Positions 20,161-29,807 of a stretch of 64,000 bases of DNA are shown here, piece by piece. Position numbers and translations under genes: made by a program. Numbering within the stretch: the first letter of the stretch is position 1; each line of letters opens with the position of its first letter. The stretch is from Shigella phage ShigP1: sequence record PQ818763; one strand, 5' to 3'. Under the pieces are notes generated by a model. That model saw nothing but the letters and a program-made list of their open reading frames with translations. It did not search any database and was not told where the DNA came from.

Positions 20161-23100
20161 ATGGCGCTGTATCCAATAAAGTCACTAGGTGCTGTAGGCG
20201 TTATCGCTGATCAGGCTCCGACAGACTTAGCTCCTAATGCTTTCACTAATGCTATAAATGCTCGATTTGTTGAGCAGAGAGTATTTAAGACGGGGGGCAA
20301 TGCCCCTCTTTCTTATGTAGATGAAGATAAGGATTTAACCCCTCTGTCTTTCGTTTCTATGCCTTTCGATTATTATAGCGCAGGTAATAGCTTTCTTGTT
20401 GTAGGTACGGATAAGAAGTTATATAAACTGACAGATGAAAGCTTGACTGATATTAGCCGTAAGGTTGCTACAGTCACTAAGAAGGCTTCTGCCTCAATTA
20501 AGATTTATCCAGTTGTTTCTCAGATTGTTCCTAAAGAATCAACTATCTCAATGAACTTCAATCAGACCAAGAATCTAGAGGTTTCTCTTCTCCCTGCTGA
20601 TGCTAACAACACTGATCTTATTTGGGAGGTTAGTAACTCATCCTATGGAAGTATTACGGTAGACCCTGGTGACTCTAAACTTGCTACTCTAACATCTTTT
20701 GAGAAAGAGGGTAATCTTGTAGTAACTATCTCTACTGCCAACGAATCCGTAGTGGCTCAGATTGCTGTTAATATTATCGATGGTGATTCAGGTATCTTCT
20801 TGAGTCAAGATACTGTTACAATTCGTAAAGGAGGGACTACTACTCTCACGGCTGTTACTGGCAAGACCCCTGTAACTTGGTCCAGCAATAATGCTTCTAT
20901 TGTATCCGTAACCCCTAACGCCAACTCTTTAACTGCTGTCATTACAGCGAATGGAGAAGGTAATGTAACAATCACTGCTGATAACGGAACTAAGACTGCT
21001 TCTTGTGAGGTTGTTTCCATCCCTCAGATTGATAGTATCTCTTTAAGCCAGTCAGATGTTACTGTGAGTAGAGGTTCTCAGTATATCTTAACTGCTACCC
21101 TTTCTCCTGCTAACGCCCCTAATCAAAATATTACTTGGACCTCTTCTAATCCAAATATTGCAACAGTATCAGGGACTAGCACACAAGGGACGATCAACGC
21201 TCTACTTGCTGGTTTTACTGAGATTACAGCTACCACTGAAGAAGGTAACAGAGTTGCTGTCTGTACTGTACGTGTGGATTTAGCTGGAAGGACAATGAGG
21301 ACAAGTGCTATGGCATTTGCTGCTCCTGTGTCAGAGCCAGTAGAAACTCAAGAGGAAGAAGTAGTAACTCCTCCTGAAAGTGAAGAGACGGTTTATTTTG
21401 CTGAGCCTACATCCGGTATTGATACGTCAGGGATGTACGAAGGTAATAACTTCTATGACTACTCTAACGTGAATGACATTGAAGGTTTTGCAAGAGCTTC
21501 TTTACTGGCAACCCCTTTGTCATCTGTAACCTTAGATGTTGTCAGCGCCTCACTTGATGTTGGTGAAGAGATTGTCATTACAGCTACGGCTTCTCCAGAA
21601 GGTGATTATTCTTATCAATGGTCTGTTGATAAAACTGGCTATGTTTCTACAACTTCAGTCACTGGTAAATCTATCAAACTGGTTGCTCTCCGTAAAGGGG
21701 AGATTAATGTAACTTGTACTGTTAGTCAGATGACTCAGAAAGATTACGATGCTTTTGATGACTATCCTTGGTATCACGCTGTTATCTCTAACTGTGCAGT
21801 TGCTACAACTCACTATGAAACTCCTCAGGTAAAAGAATTCGAATCAGAATACTTTGTAGATCTTCCGGGATGGGGTGAGCAAACAGTTGTTGATAATGAT
21901 GGAAACCCTTCAGTCAAGAAGTTTAACTGGAAATGTGAGAGAGTAAGATCTTTTAACAACCGTCTTTTTGCTCTGAATATGAGAGAGGCTAATGCTTCTG
22001 GTGTTACCACTAACTATCCACTTCGTCTTCGTTGGTCTAACTTTGCCAATGAGAACAAGGCTCCTACACTGTGGGATGACTTTGCCTATGATCGAGTTGT
22101 GTCTTCGGACTTAGCTTCTAATATCGTAGGACAGACTCAGGCTTTGGAAAATGGGTATGCTGGCTATATCGACTTAGCTGACTCTAACGGAAGCTTAATT
22201 GATATTCTACCCCTTAAAGATTACTTGTTCGTTTATACAGAGTTTGAAACGTATATTGGTTCTCCGACTAATAACACATACCAACCTCTGATGTTCAAGA
22301 AACTCTTTAATGACTCTGGTATCCTTGCCCCTGAGTGTGTGGTTGAAGTAGAAGGTAGCCACTTCGTAGTTACTCAGAACGATGTAATCTTACACAACGG
22401 TGCAACCAAGAAGTCAATTGCATCTAACCGTGTTAAGAACATGCTGATTAATGAGGTGTGTCTGGTTAATCCTCTAGCAACTCGAGTACACTTGCATCAG
22501 GATAAGAAAGAAGTTTGGGTTCTCTATGTAGGTCCGGGAGAGCCGAAAGAAAGCTTCGCTTGCACTAAAGCTGCTGTATGGAATTATGAGTTTGATACTT
22601 GGTCTTTCCGTACTATCCCTTATGCTCAATGTATCGGTCTAGTCGATCCTCCTGTTTTAGAGAGAGGGCCAATCTGGTCTGACTTCCAAGAGATCACTTG
22701 GGATGACCCATCTATCAAAGAGCTTGTTTGGAGAAAGGATGCAACAAACTTTAGACAGAGGGTTACGATAGTAGGTTCGTTCTTGAGGGGATTCTACCAA
22801 GTGGATGTAGGTGCTCTTGACTATTTCTATGACAGGTTAAATGATGTTGTTATAGAGAAGCCTCTGGAGATGAGGTTGGAGAGAACTGGTCTAGATTTTG
22901 ATAATGTGACGAATGAGTGGAATCAGAAGCATATTAACAGATTCCGTCCTCAGACAACTGGCTCAGGCACTTATACCTTTGAAGCTGGAGGTAGTCAATT
23001 CTCAAATGAATATGGACACCCACACACATCTAAGACTTATACAATTGGTGTTGACAGGCATGTCTCGGTGAGACTGAACCATCCATACCTTTTCTATAAT

Positions 23101-23178
23101 GTTATAGATAATGATGTTAACAGTAATGCTGCTATCAATGGGTTAACGATAGAGTTTGCTGTTGGCGGACGGAGATAA
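20161..23178 (+). CDS. Large tail protein with several Ig-like (Big_2) domains
   Basis: 1005 aa; at least three Big_2-like repeats between residues about 110 and 370; SD AAGGAGG. Confidence 0.55.
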   Translation: MALYPIKSLGAVGVIADQAPTDLAPNAFTNAINARFVEQRVFKTGGNAPLSYVDEDKDLTPLSFVSMPFDYYSAGNSFLVVGTDKKLYKLTDESLTDISRKVATVTKKASASIKIYPVVSQIVPKESTISMNFNQTKNLEVSLLPADANNTDLIWEVSNSSYGSITVDPGDSKLATLTSFEKEGNLVVTISTANESVVAQIAVNIIDGDSGIFLSQDTVTIRKGGTTTLTAVTGKTPVTWSSNNASIVSVTPNANSLTAVITANGEGNVTITADNGTKTASCEVVSIPQIDSISLSQSDVTVSRGSQYILTATLSPANAPNQNITWTSSNPNIATVSGTSTQGTINALLAGFTEITATTEEGNRVAVCTVRVDLAGRTMRTSAMAFAAPVSEPVETQEEEVVTPPESEETVYFAEPTSGIDTSGMYEGNNFYDYSNVNDIEGFARASLLATPLSSVTLDVVSASLDVGEEIVITATASPEGDYSYQWSVDKTGYVSTTSVTGKSIKLVALRKGEINVTCTVSQMTQKDYDAFDDYPWYHAVISNCAVATTHYETPQVKEFESEYFVDLPGWGEQTVVDNDGNPSVKKFNWKCERVRSFNNRLFALNMREANASGVTTNYPLRLRWSNFANENKAPTLWDDFAYDRVVSSDLASNIVGQTQALENGYAGYIDLADSNGSLIDILPLKDYLFVYTEFETYIGSPTNNTYQPLMFKKLFNDSGILAPECVVEVEGSHFVVTQNDVILHNGATKKSIASNRVKNMLINEVCLVNPLATRVHLHQDKKEVWVLYVGPGEPKESFACTKAAVWNYEFDTWSFRTIPYAQCIGLVDPPVLERGPIWSDFQEITWDDPSIKELVWRKDATNFRQRVTIVGSFLRGFYQVDVGALDYFYDRLNDVVIEKPLEMRLERTGLDFDNVTNEWNQKHINRFRPQTTGSGTYTFEAGGSQFSNEYGHPHTSKTYTIGVDRHVSVRLNHPYLFYNVIDNDVNSNAAINGLTIEFAVGGRR

Positions 23179-23184
23179 CAACAA

Positions 23185-23212
23185 GGGGCTTCGTGCCCCT
23201 TTTATTGTTTTG
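23185..23212 (+). terminator. Rho-independent terminator (ggggc-UUCGU-gcccc followed by TTTTATTGTTTT)
   Basis: Hairpin plus T-run, read directly. Confidence 0.6.
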
Positions 23213-23221
23213 GAGGAACTT

Positions 23222-24190
23222 ATGGGTGCAGGTGGTTTTCGTAAGAACACTGGTCGTAATAACACCACACTCCCGTACAACGTTGGGTTTCTCAATAATG
23301 TACAGGACACAGAAACATATAACGTAGCCGTATATGACGAGCTACAGAAAGTCAGCACAGCTACTAACCAAATGTTCCAAGCTATTGATGAGATTCACGA
23401 TGAGATTGATGTTCGTATCAAAGCCCTTCATGCGATGAACTTACAATTTGATGAGCTTGAGAATAGAATTACCACAGAGATAGAGACAGCTATTGCAGAT
23501 ATTCAAACACAGATGGGGAATCTCTCCACTGAAGATATTTGGGATAATTCTGTTCAACCTCCGGTAAAACTAGAAAGCACTGTATCTGGCTTTAAAACAA
23601 GTATTGAAGGTAACACAACTAAGATTCAAACGGTAGAAGGGATTGTTAACGACCAAGGTCAAGAGATTGCTTTAGTTCAGACAGAGATTCAAAATATTAA
23701 TGGAAGCCTATCTCAGTATATGAAGCTTTCTGAGTATGAAGCTACATGGGGTGTTAACTCTACAGTCAACGGAAGATATGCTGGGGTTAAGTTAACTAAC
23801 AATGGAACAAACAGCCAATTCCAAGTAACAGCTAACAAGTTTATTGTTGGTGATGGCAGCTCTGGTAACACCCCTTTTGTATTTGAGGGCGGAAGAGCTA
23901 GGATGGAATTCGCTGACATAAAGAACGTCAACATCACAACGGCTCAGATTGCCAACGCCAGAATCCAATGGGCACAGATAGATAACGTATCTATATCCAA
24001 TGCTCAGATTCAGAATTTATCAGCGGATAAAATCACTGCTGGTTCTATGTGGGGTTCTAACTGGAGACTTACCGTTGGGGGTGACTTTGTTATGGGTGGT
24101 ACAGGTGGGGCACAACTATGGATGAATGGAAACAGAATAGACTTCTACGATGGAAGTGGTGCTCTAAGAATTAGAATAGGGAGTTGGTAA
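23222..24190 (+). CDS. Structural protein, fibre/coiled-coil-like (start moved to internal Met after the terminator)
   Basis: ATG at 23222 preceded by GGAGGAA; the ORF-track start at 23156 would lie inside the upstream gene and terminator. Confidence 0.45.
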   Translation: MGAGGFRKNTGRNNTTLPYNVGFLNNVQDTETYNVAVYDELQKVSTATNQMFQAIDEIHDEIDVRIKALHAMNLQFDELENRITTEIETAIADIQTQMGNLSTEDIWDNSVQPPVKLESTVSGFKTSIEGNTTKIQTVEGIVNDQGQEIALVQTEIQNINGSLSQYMKLSEYEATWGVNSTVNGRYAGVKLTNNGTNSQFQVTANKFIVGDGSSGNTPFVFEGGRARMEFADIKNVNITTAQIANARIQWAQIDNVSISNAQIQNLSADKITAGSMWGSNWRLTVGGDFVMGGTGGAQLWMNGNRIDFYDGSGALRIRIGSW

Positions 24191-24191
24191 T

Positions 24192-25223
24192 ATGGCATAT
24201 GGAATATGGACACAACCAGTAGGGCCGGGGCCAGCAACCCCCGCTCCCTTGTTTATTGATAGCGGAAGTACTTTCCCTCAGTTCAAGAATAGCATAAGAG
24301 GGAGTTTTAACTTCAATGGAGCTGGGAGATCTTTCCCTATTAGTGGATGGGATGGTAGTGGTCAGATAGTTATTGTTCCCACTGGTTCTCTATGCTGGCA
24401 ATGGGAAGTCCCTCCTAACTTAGTCCCTGATGTTTATTGTGTAAATAACATCTATGTAGAAAATACCTCATCTTTTAGGGTGACTCTGAACCAGAATCCC
24501 GGCGGCAATCCTTTGTTTGACTGTGGATTCAACGTCTACCAGATTTGGCCTAGAGCTGATAGAAACTATGGGATAACTTTCTCAAATACAGCAGACTACT
24601 TTTCCATATCAGATGCTGGGGTTGTTGGTCAATGCATTTGGGCTTGGCAGGGGGTCATAAACAATGCCCTTCAGATACCAAATATCGGTGGGTTCAATAT
24701 GACCAATGCTGTTGTATTTGCTAATTGGTCTGATGGAGGACTTGGGCTGTCTTATACCTCTGATGATAGAGTTATTCGTGTCTACCAGAACAGACCTTAC
24801 GTAAACGGCAACACTAATGAGGGTGGTTCTGTGTTTGCTAGAATTGCAGTATTCTGCAATGGGGCAGGTGTTCCGGAACATAATGGAGGTTTAAATATCT
24901 ACTCTCCGGGAACCACTCAATGTGTATTTTCTACTAACAGAACACCTTTTACTGTGGATACTTTTATAGGCTCAGGAGGTGGTAACACTGGAATGGCGTA
25001 CCCTATGATACCTCTTACTTCTGGAATAGGTGCAATAAAAGGCCAAGGTAGTGGGTGGAGATACCAGCAAATGAGATCTCACACAATGAGTGGCTCTAGC
25101 ATAGGAACTGGTTATGGAAGGTACTTATTTCAGTGGAATCAAAATTACGACCTAGGGGCTGACACTGTTGTTAACTTATCAGTTCCTGTAATAAACGCAG
25201 CTAAGGTTTTTGCTGGACTATAA
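24192..25223 (+). CDS. Gly-rich structural protein
   Basis: 343 aa with SD; no catalytic motif recognised. Confidence 0.4.
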   Translation: MAYGIWTQPVGPGPATPAPLFIDSGSTFPQFKNSIRGSFNFNGAGRSFPISGWDGSGQIVIVPTGSLCWQWEVPPNLVPDVYCVNNIYVENTSSFRVTLNQNPGGNPLFDCGFNVYQIWPRADRNYGITFSNTADYFSISDAGVVGQCIWAWQGVINNALQIPNIGGFNMTNAVVFANWSDGGLGLSYTSDDRVIRVYQNRPYVNGNTNEGGSVFARIAVFCNGAGVPEHNGGLNIYSPGTTQCVFSTNRTPFTVDTFIGSGGGNTGMAYPMIPLTSGIGAIKGQGSGWRYQQMRSHTMSGSSIGTGYGRYLFQWNQNYDLGADTVVNLSVPVINAAKVFAGL

Positions 25224-25235
25224 CAAGGAGATATT

Positions 25236-26018
25236 ATGGCAATTAAAATGGGTATTGAAGAACTAGACCCAATGGTGCAACAGGCTTCAAAAAAGTATGG
25301 AATACCAGCTGCTTTGATTCATGCTGTAATCCAAAGAGAGTCTAGTGGACGTCCTAAGGTAGCCTCTGGAACTGGTCCTGTAGGTTTAATGCAGATCAGT
25401 AAAGGATTGGCTAAAGACTATGGATACAAACTGGAAGATAGACTGGACCCAGCAAAGAATATTGACATGGGTGCTCGTTATATCAGAGATAACTTAAAAG
25501 CTTTTAATGGCGATGTTAAGAAAGCAATGGTTGGTTATTCAGAAGGAACCGGTGGTGCTAGGCAGATGTTCGCTGGTAAGAAAGGGTTTACCCCTCAGGC
25601 TCTAGACTCAATGAACAACAAACACTTTCTTCCTTTTTACGGTGATGCAGCTTCTCAGATTGCTAACCCAATTGGAGCTTTACAAGCTGTTCAACCAGTC
25701 AATCAGTTTAATCCTGACTTGTTAGACAGAGAGAAGGCTGCACAAGCTCCCACTCAGGCAGAGATTGCTGCTTCTAAGACAGGCGCTTTAGGTGGTAATC
25801 CGGTAGAGTTTTACTCTGATGAAGTACAGGAAGGTGAAGACCAGAAGCCTCAACAGAACTTTGGTAATGCAGTATTAGGAGTAGCTGCTATGCTTGCTGG
25901 TAAACCTCCTACTTCTCAAACAGTTCAGAGAGCGAGTGCACCACATGCGGCAGGTTCTCAGTACAGTCCACAAACACAAGCAGTGCTTAGACGTTTGGCT
26001 AGCATTGGTGTTAAGTAA
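25236..26018 (+). CDS. Lytic transglycosylase (SLT domain), probably virion-associated
   Basis: ALIHAVIQRESSGRPKVASGTGPVGLMQIS carries the catalytic E-S and GLMQ motifs of the SLT family. Confidence 0.75.
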   Translation: MAIKMGIEELDPMVQQASKKYGIPAALIHAVIQRESSGRPKVASGTGPVGLMQISKGLAKDYGYKLEDRLDPAKNIDMGARYIRDNLKAFNGDVKKAMVGYSEGTGGARQMFAGKKGFTPQALDSMNNKHFLPFYGDAASQIANPIGALQAVQPVNQFNPDLLDREKAAQAPTQAEIAASKTGALGGNPVEFYSDEVQEGEDQKPQQNFGNAVLGVAAMLAGKPPTSQTVQRASAPHAAGSQYSPQTQAVLRRLASIGVK

Positions 26019-26037
26019 TAATCGTTAAGGAGGACTT

Positions 26038-27090
26038 ATGTCTTTATTTGGAAAATCAGCTTCTAGCAAAACCACAGTGGCTCCTTCCTCTCAGGTTGAT
26101 GCCCTGCTGAAGCAGATTGTTGCTAATGCTCAGAATATGCAGAACAACGATCCGGGATTCATCTCCCAACAGCTAGCTGGGTTTAATGGCAACCAACAGG
26201 GTGCTCTGAACAACTTAGCAGCTTCTACTACTCAGAAGCAATTGGCTGATATGTACACACCTCGTACACAGCAAGGGTTGGACCAACTAAATGCTCTTGC
26301 TCAACAATATCAGAATATTGTCAACGGTGGTGGTCTAACTGCTGAAGGTGTTAATAAGTTTAGTAAAGGGTTGAATAACTCAGCTCTTGCTCAGGCTACT
26401 AGCAAGGCAGCTTCTAATGTATCTCTTGGAAATGGTTCTGATTCAGGTTCCCTCCGTAGAGCTGCGGCTCAAGGGGCTGCTTTGAATGGTGCTAATACAA
26501 ACCTATCTCGTACCATCAACGGTAAGAACATGGGGATTAGTGCTCTTCAACAAGATCAGAACTTCCAGAGAGGTTTGCTTGGTGCTCAGTCTGGTCTAGC
26601 TGGACAGAATCTCAATCTTGGTGCACAAGGTGTTCAGGCAACTCAACAGGCTATTCAGAATCAGCTGATGGCTGGTAATCTACAACAGCAACAAGCTCAA
26701 GCTCAAGCGGATATTAACTGGCAAAATGCTATTGGCTCTCAGCAGTATGGGTGGAATCAGCTTAACAACCAACTTAATGTATTAAATAGTGTAAGCCCAA
26801 TGGCTGGGTACACGATTAAGAATGCTGCTCCGGGGGTTAATACTGGACAACAGCTCCTAGGTGCTGGTATCACTGGATTAGGTATTGCAGGTCGTATGGG
26901 TGCTTTCTCTCCTAATCAACAGACTCAGAATGCTTGGAGTTCCTATAACAACTCAGGTGGGCAATCTGGAATGGCTGGTCCTATGATTGGTGGTTCTAAT
27001 CTTTCTCAACAGAGAGGTCAGTCTAACTGGTTATCCACAGCAGGTAGTAATATCTTAGGTGGTGTCTTAGGGGCATTTGGAGCAAACTAA
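26038..27090 (+). CDS. Gln/Asn/Gly-rich virion protein (internal/ejection protein candidate)
   Basis: 350 aa, low-complexity Q/N/G/A-rich; strong SD. Confidence 0.4.
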   Translation: MSLFGKSASSKTTVAPSSQVDALLKQIVANAQNMQNNDPGFISQQLAGFNGNQQGALNNLAASTTQKQLADMYTPRTQQGLDQLNALAQQYQNIVNGGGLTAEGVNKFSKGLNNSALAQATSKAASNVSLGNGSDSGSLRRAAAQGAALNGANTNLSRTINGKNMGISALQQDQNFQRGLLGAQSGLAGQNLNLGAQGVQATQQAIQNQLMAGNLQQQQAQAQADINWQNAIGSQQYGWNQLNNQLNVLNSVSPMAGYTIKNAAPGVNTGQQLLGAGITGLGIAGRMGAFSPNQQTQNAWSSYNNSGGQSGMAGPMIGGSNLSQQRGQSNWLSTAGSNILGGVLGAFGAN

Positions 27091-27102
27091 AGGAGATTTG
27101 AT

Positions 27103-28071
27103 ATGGGACTTTTCGGAGGCGGGGGTAGTAAAACTACTTCCCAAATGATTCGCCCTGAATACATTCAACAGTATATTGACCAGCTTAACCAACAGATTGG
27201 TAATACTAGTTCAGGGGATTATGTCTATCGTGACAATGTAGGGTTTAATAACAATCAGACAGAGGCACTTAATAACCTAGCACAATCTGGCGCTTTGGGC
27301 ACTCTCTCACAGCAATACATGGATGCAGCAGGTCAAGGGTTAGGGTATCTGGATAATGCCTATAAAGGCTATCAGAGCCTCTCTGGACAAGGTGGGATTA
27401 CTGGAGAACAGATTGGTGCTCTCGCTGGTCAACTGTATGATGATGACGCTGTGCAAGCAGCCATTACAGCTAATAATGAACAGGTTCAACAGAACTTGGC
27501 ACGTAATGCTCTTCCTCAGTTAGCTCAACAGTATGCTGGTCAGCAGGGTTCAGGTGCTCGTATGGCTAAATCTTTTGCCCAAGGTGATGCTCTGAATCAG
27601 ATGCAAGGGCAAGCAACAGATATTACCAATAGTGCATATAACTCGGCTATCAGCCAAGCTGAAAGCATCCTCTCTGGTAATAGACAGAATCAGGCAGCTG
27701 CTCTCTCTGGTCTTTCTAATATTGGTTCTAACCTTTCTAACCTAGGTCAGCAGGGTGCTAATTTGTCTCAACAGCAAATAATGAATCAATGGAATGCAGG
27801 GTTGCAGCAACAACAGCAACAACAGAATGAATATGATAATGCCTACCAGAATGCTCAGAACGCAGCTAATTGGGGATGGCAAGATATCAATAACCAACTC
27901 GGTGCAGCAGGTGTACTTAACGGTGCTCTCGGACAAACTACAACTACTAAAACATCTGGTGGCAAAGGTGGTTTCCTTGGTGGAGCTATGAGTGGTGCAG
28001 CAGCTGGCTCTTCCTTTGGACCTTGGGGTGCATTAGCTGGGGGTGTAATCGGTGGGTTGGCTAGTACTTAA
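27103..28071 (+). CDS. Gln/Asn/Gly-rich virion protein, related in composition to the preceding gene
   Basis: 322 aa, same compositional bias; SD AAAGGAG. Confidence 0.4.
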   Translation: MGLFGGGGSKTTSQMIRPEYIQQYIDQLNQQIGNTSSGDYVYRDNVGFNNNQTEALNNLAQSGALGTLSQQYMDAAGQGLGYLDNAYKGYQSLSGQGGITGEQIGALAGQLYDDDAVQAAITANNEQVQQNLARNALPQLAQQYAGQQGSGARMAKSFAQGDALNQMQGQATDITNSAYNSAISQAESILSGNRQNQAAALSGLSNIGSNLSNLGQQGANLSQQQIMNQWNAGLQQQQQQQNEYDNAYQNAQNAANWGWQDINNQLGAAGVLNGALGQTTTTKTSGGKGGFLGGAMSGAAAGSSFGPWGALAGGVIGGLAST

Positions 28072-28084
28072 TTAGGAGATAAAT

Positions 28085-29740
28085 ATGCAACAGACAACTT
28101 ACGCTCAGGTCAGAAGTCGTGACCCGAGAAATACTTTCTATGGTGTTAATCCGGGAGCGGCTTCGGCCTCTCCTTATATGGCTAGACCTACTCAGACAGC
28201 AGATATTTCTATGTATCAACGTCCTGCTGTACCTTCATCTCTTGCGGGTCTTGTCTCTCAGGCAGAGGAAGATCAGAATGCTATGGTTAATCCGGGATTC
28301 CAGCAACGTCTTATGGAACAGCAGAATCAAGGAACTCCTACCAGTCTTCAGGGTATTGATATTGGAGCACCGGCCCCTGTATCAGCTAATCCTAACCTAT
28401 CCACTGATCAAGGTTTACAGGATGCTGGGCTTATGCCTAGTGGCCCTCTTCCGGTAACACCTCCTCCTAAACCACTAGAAGCTGGTCCTATGGAGTTTAC
28501 TCCTTCTCAGGTGGAACAGGCACAGGGTGTGATTAATACTCTTGCTCAAGGACAAGACACTGGTGATGGAATGGCTGCTGCTACTCGTGCTAAAGATCAG
28601 GAACGTGTTAACAACGATATCTTGCAAGTTGCGAAAGCTAAAGACCCTTCGGAAGCTTGGAACAAACTACAGAAAGAACCATTCTACCAAAACTCCAGTT
28701 TCTACACAGGTTTGATGGGTGTAGGTCTTTCCATTATGTCAGGTAAGTCTCCTATTGAAGCTTTCCAGATTGGTCAGGGAATGGCTAATCAAGATGAGAC
28801 TAAGAAGCAACTGGAAGCTAACCGTGATGCTCTGATTGAACAAGGCTTCTCTCAAGACTCGATTGCAGCTGCTATTGCTAACGGAGACCCGTCTCTACTG
28901 AAGATGAGAGCTGTAGACCCTGCTCAGAAAGAAGCGCTGTATGCTGCTCGTGAAGAACGACAAAATGCTGAATGGGATAGACGTCAACAGATTCAAGAGC
29001 AGACTATGCGTGAGCGTGCTGAGGAAACTCGTCGTGCTGCTGAAGAAAGGGCTAATATGAACTTTGAACGTCAGAAAGAGTTGATTGGGTATCGTGATCA
29101 AGTCAAGGCTGAACGTGCTGAACAAGCTGCTCAGAGTTTTAACTTTAACCCGAAAGAAGTTCGTCTTGCTCAGAATACAGCTGAAGGTACGGTTGCTAAG
29201 CAGTGGGCAGAGAAAGGTGGCCTGTTTAACCAGTCTAATAAAGACTTGGATTTGGCTGATAAGGCTGTTAAGGATAAAGACTATCAGACAGCTCGTTCTG
29301 CTTACATGCAAGCTATCATGAACTCCGCAAGGGCTGAAATCGGTGCTACTCGTTCTCTTACCGAAGAAGACTTGGGGCACTTTGCAGAAGACCCGTCAAT
29401 CTTCGTTCGTGTTGGCAACAAGTTTGCACTGAAGTCTGGATGGCGTCCTACTGATTCTGCTCTTGCTTATGCTCGTAAGCAAGCTAACGTTGGTCATACC
29501 TCTGCAATGAAAGGTGTTGCTGATGCTAAGAGAGCTACGATTGAAGCTTACATTGGTTCTGGTATGGATAAGAAGAGAGCTACTGCATTGGTCAACCGTG
29601 CAATCCCTTCTGGTGGTTTCTATGACCCTCTAGGTGTTTTCTCTGAACAAGCAGAAGAAGCGGTTGGTGGTGCAGCAACCAATCCTAAGCTTAATGGTGC
29701 TCTATCAGCTGTTGAAGATACGAGCTGGTTCACTCAATAA
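28085..29740 (+). CDS. Internal virion protein candidate
   Basis: 551 aa; Pro/Gln-rich N-terminus and charged helical C-terminus. Confidence 0.4.
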   Translation: MQQTTYAQVRSRDPRNTFYGVNPGAASASPYMARPTQTADISMYQRPAVPSSLAGLVSQAEEDQNAMVNPGFQQRLMEQQNQGTPTSLQGIDIGAPAPVSANPNLSTDQGLQDAGLMPSGPLPVTPPPKPLEAGPMEFTPSQVEQAQGVINTLAQGQDTGDGMAAATRAKDQERVNNDILQVAKAKDPSEAWNKLQKEPFYQNSSFYTGLMGVGLSIMSGKSPIEAFQIGQGMANQDETKKQLEANRDALIEQGFSQDSIAAAIANGDPSLLKMRAVDPAQKEALYAAREERQNAEWDRRQQIQEQTMRERAEETRRAAEERANMNFERQKELIGYRDQVKAERAEQAAQSFNFNPKEVRLAQNTAEGTVAKQWAEKGGLFNQSNKDLDLADKAVKDKDYQTARSAYMQAIMNSARAEIGATRSLTEEDLGHFAEDPSIFVRVGNKFALKSGWRPTDSALAYARKQANVGHTSAMKGVADAKRATIEAYIGSGMDKKRATALVNRAIPSGGFYDPLGVFSEQAEEAVGGAATNPKLNGALSAVEDTSWFTQ

Positions 29741-29807
29741 GACCTAAGTCCTGCCTTCTATAATGTATATAGGGGGTAGGACATTTTTATTTATAAAAGG
29801 AGACGTT

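Noticed and set aside
28895-29380. 161-aa minus-strand ORF inside the 28085-29740 gene
   Set aside because: Antisense shadow ORF in the middle of the co-directional late operon; Ser/Leu/Phe-rich artefact composition.
29763-29807. Track start at 29763 for the large internal protein
   Set aside because: The ATG at 29808 has a well-spaced AAAGGAGA ribosome-binding site, whereas 29763 lies within a promoter-like TATAAT region without one.
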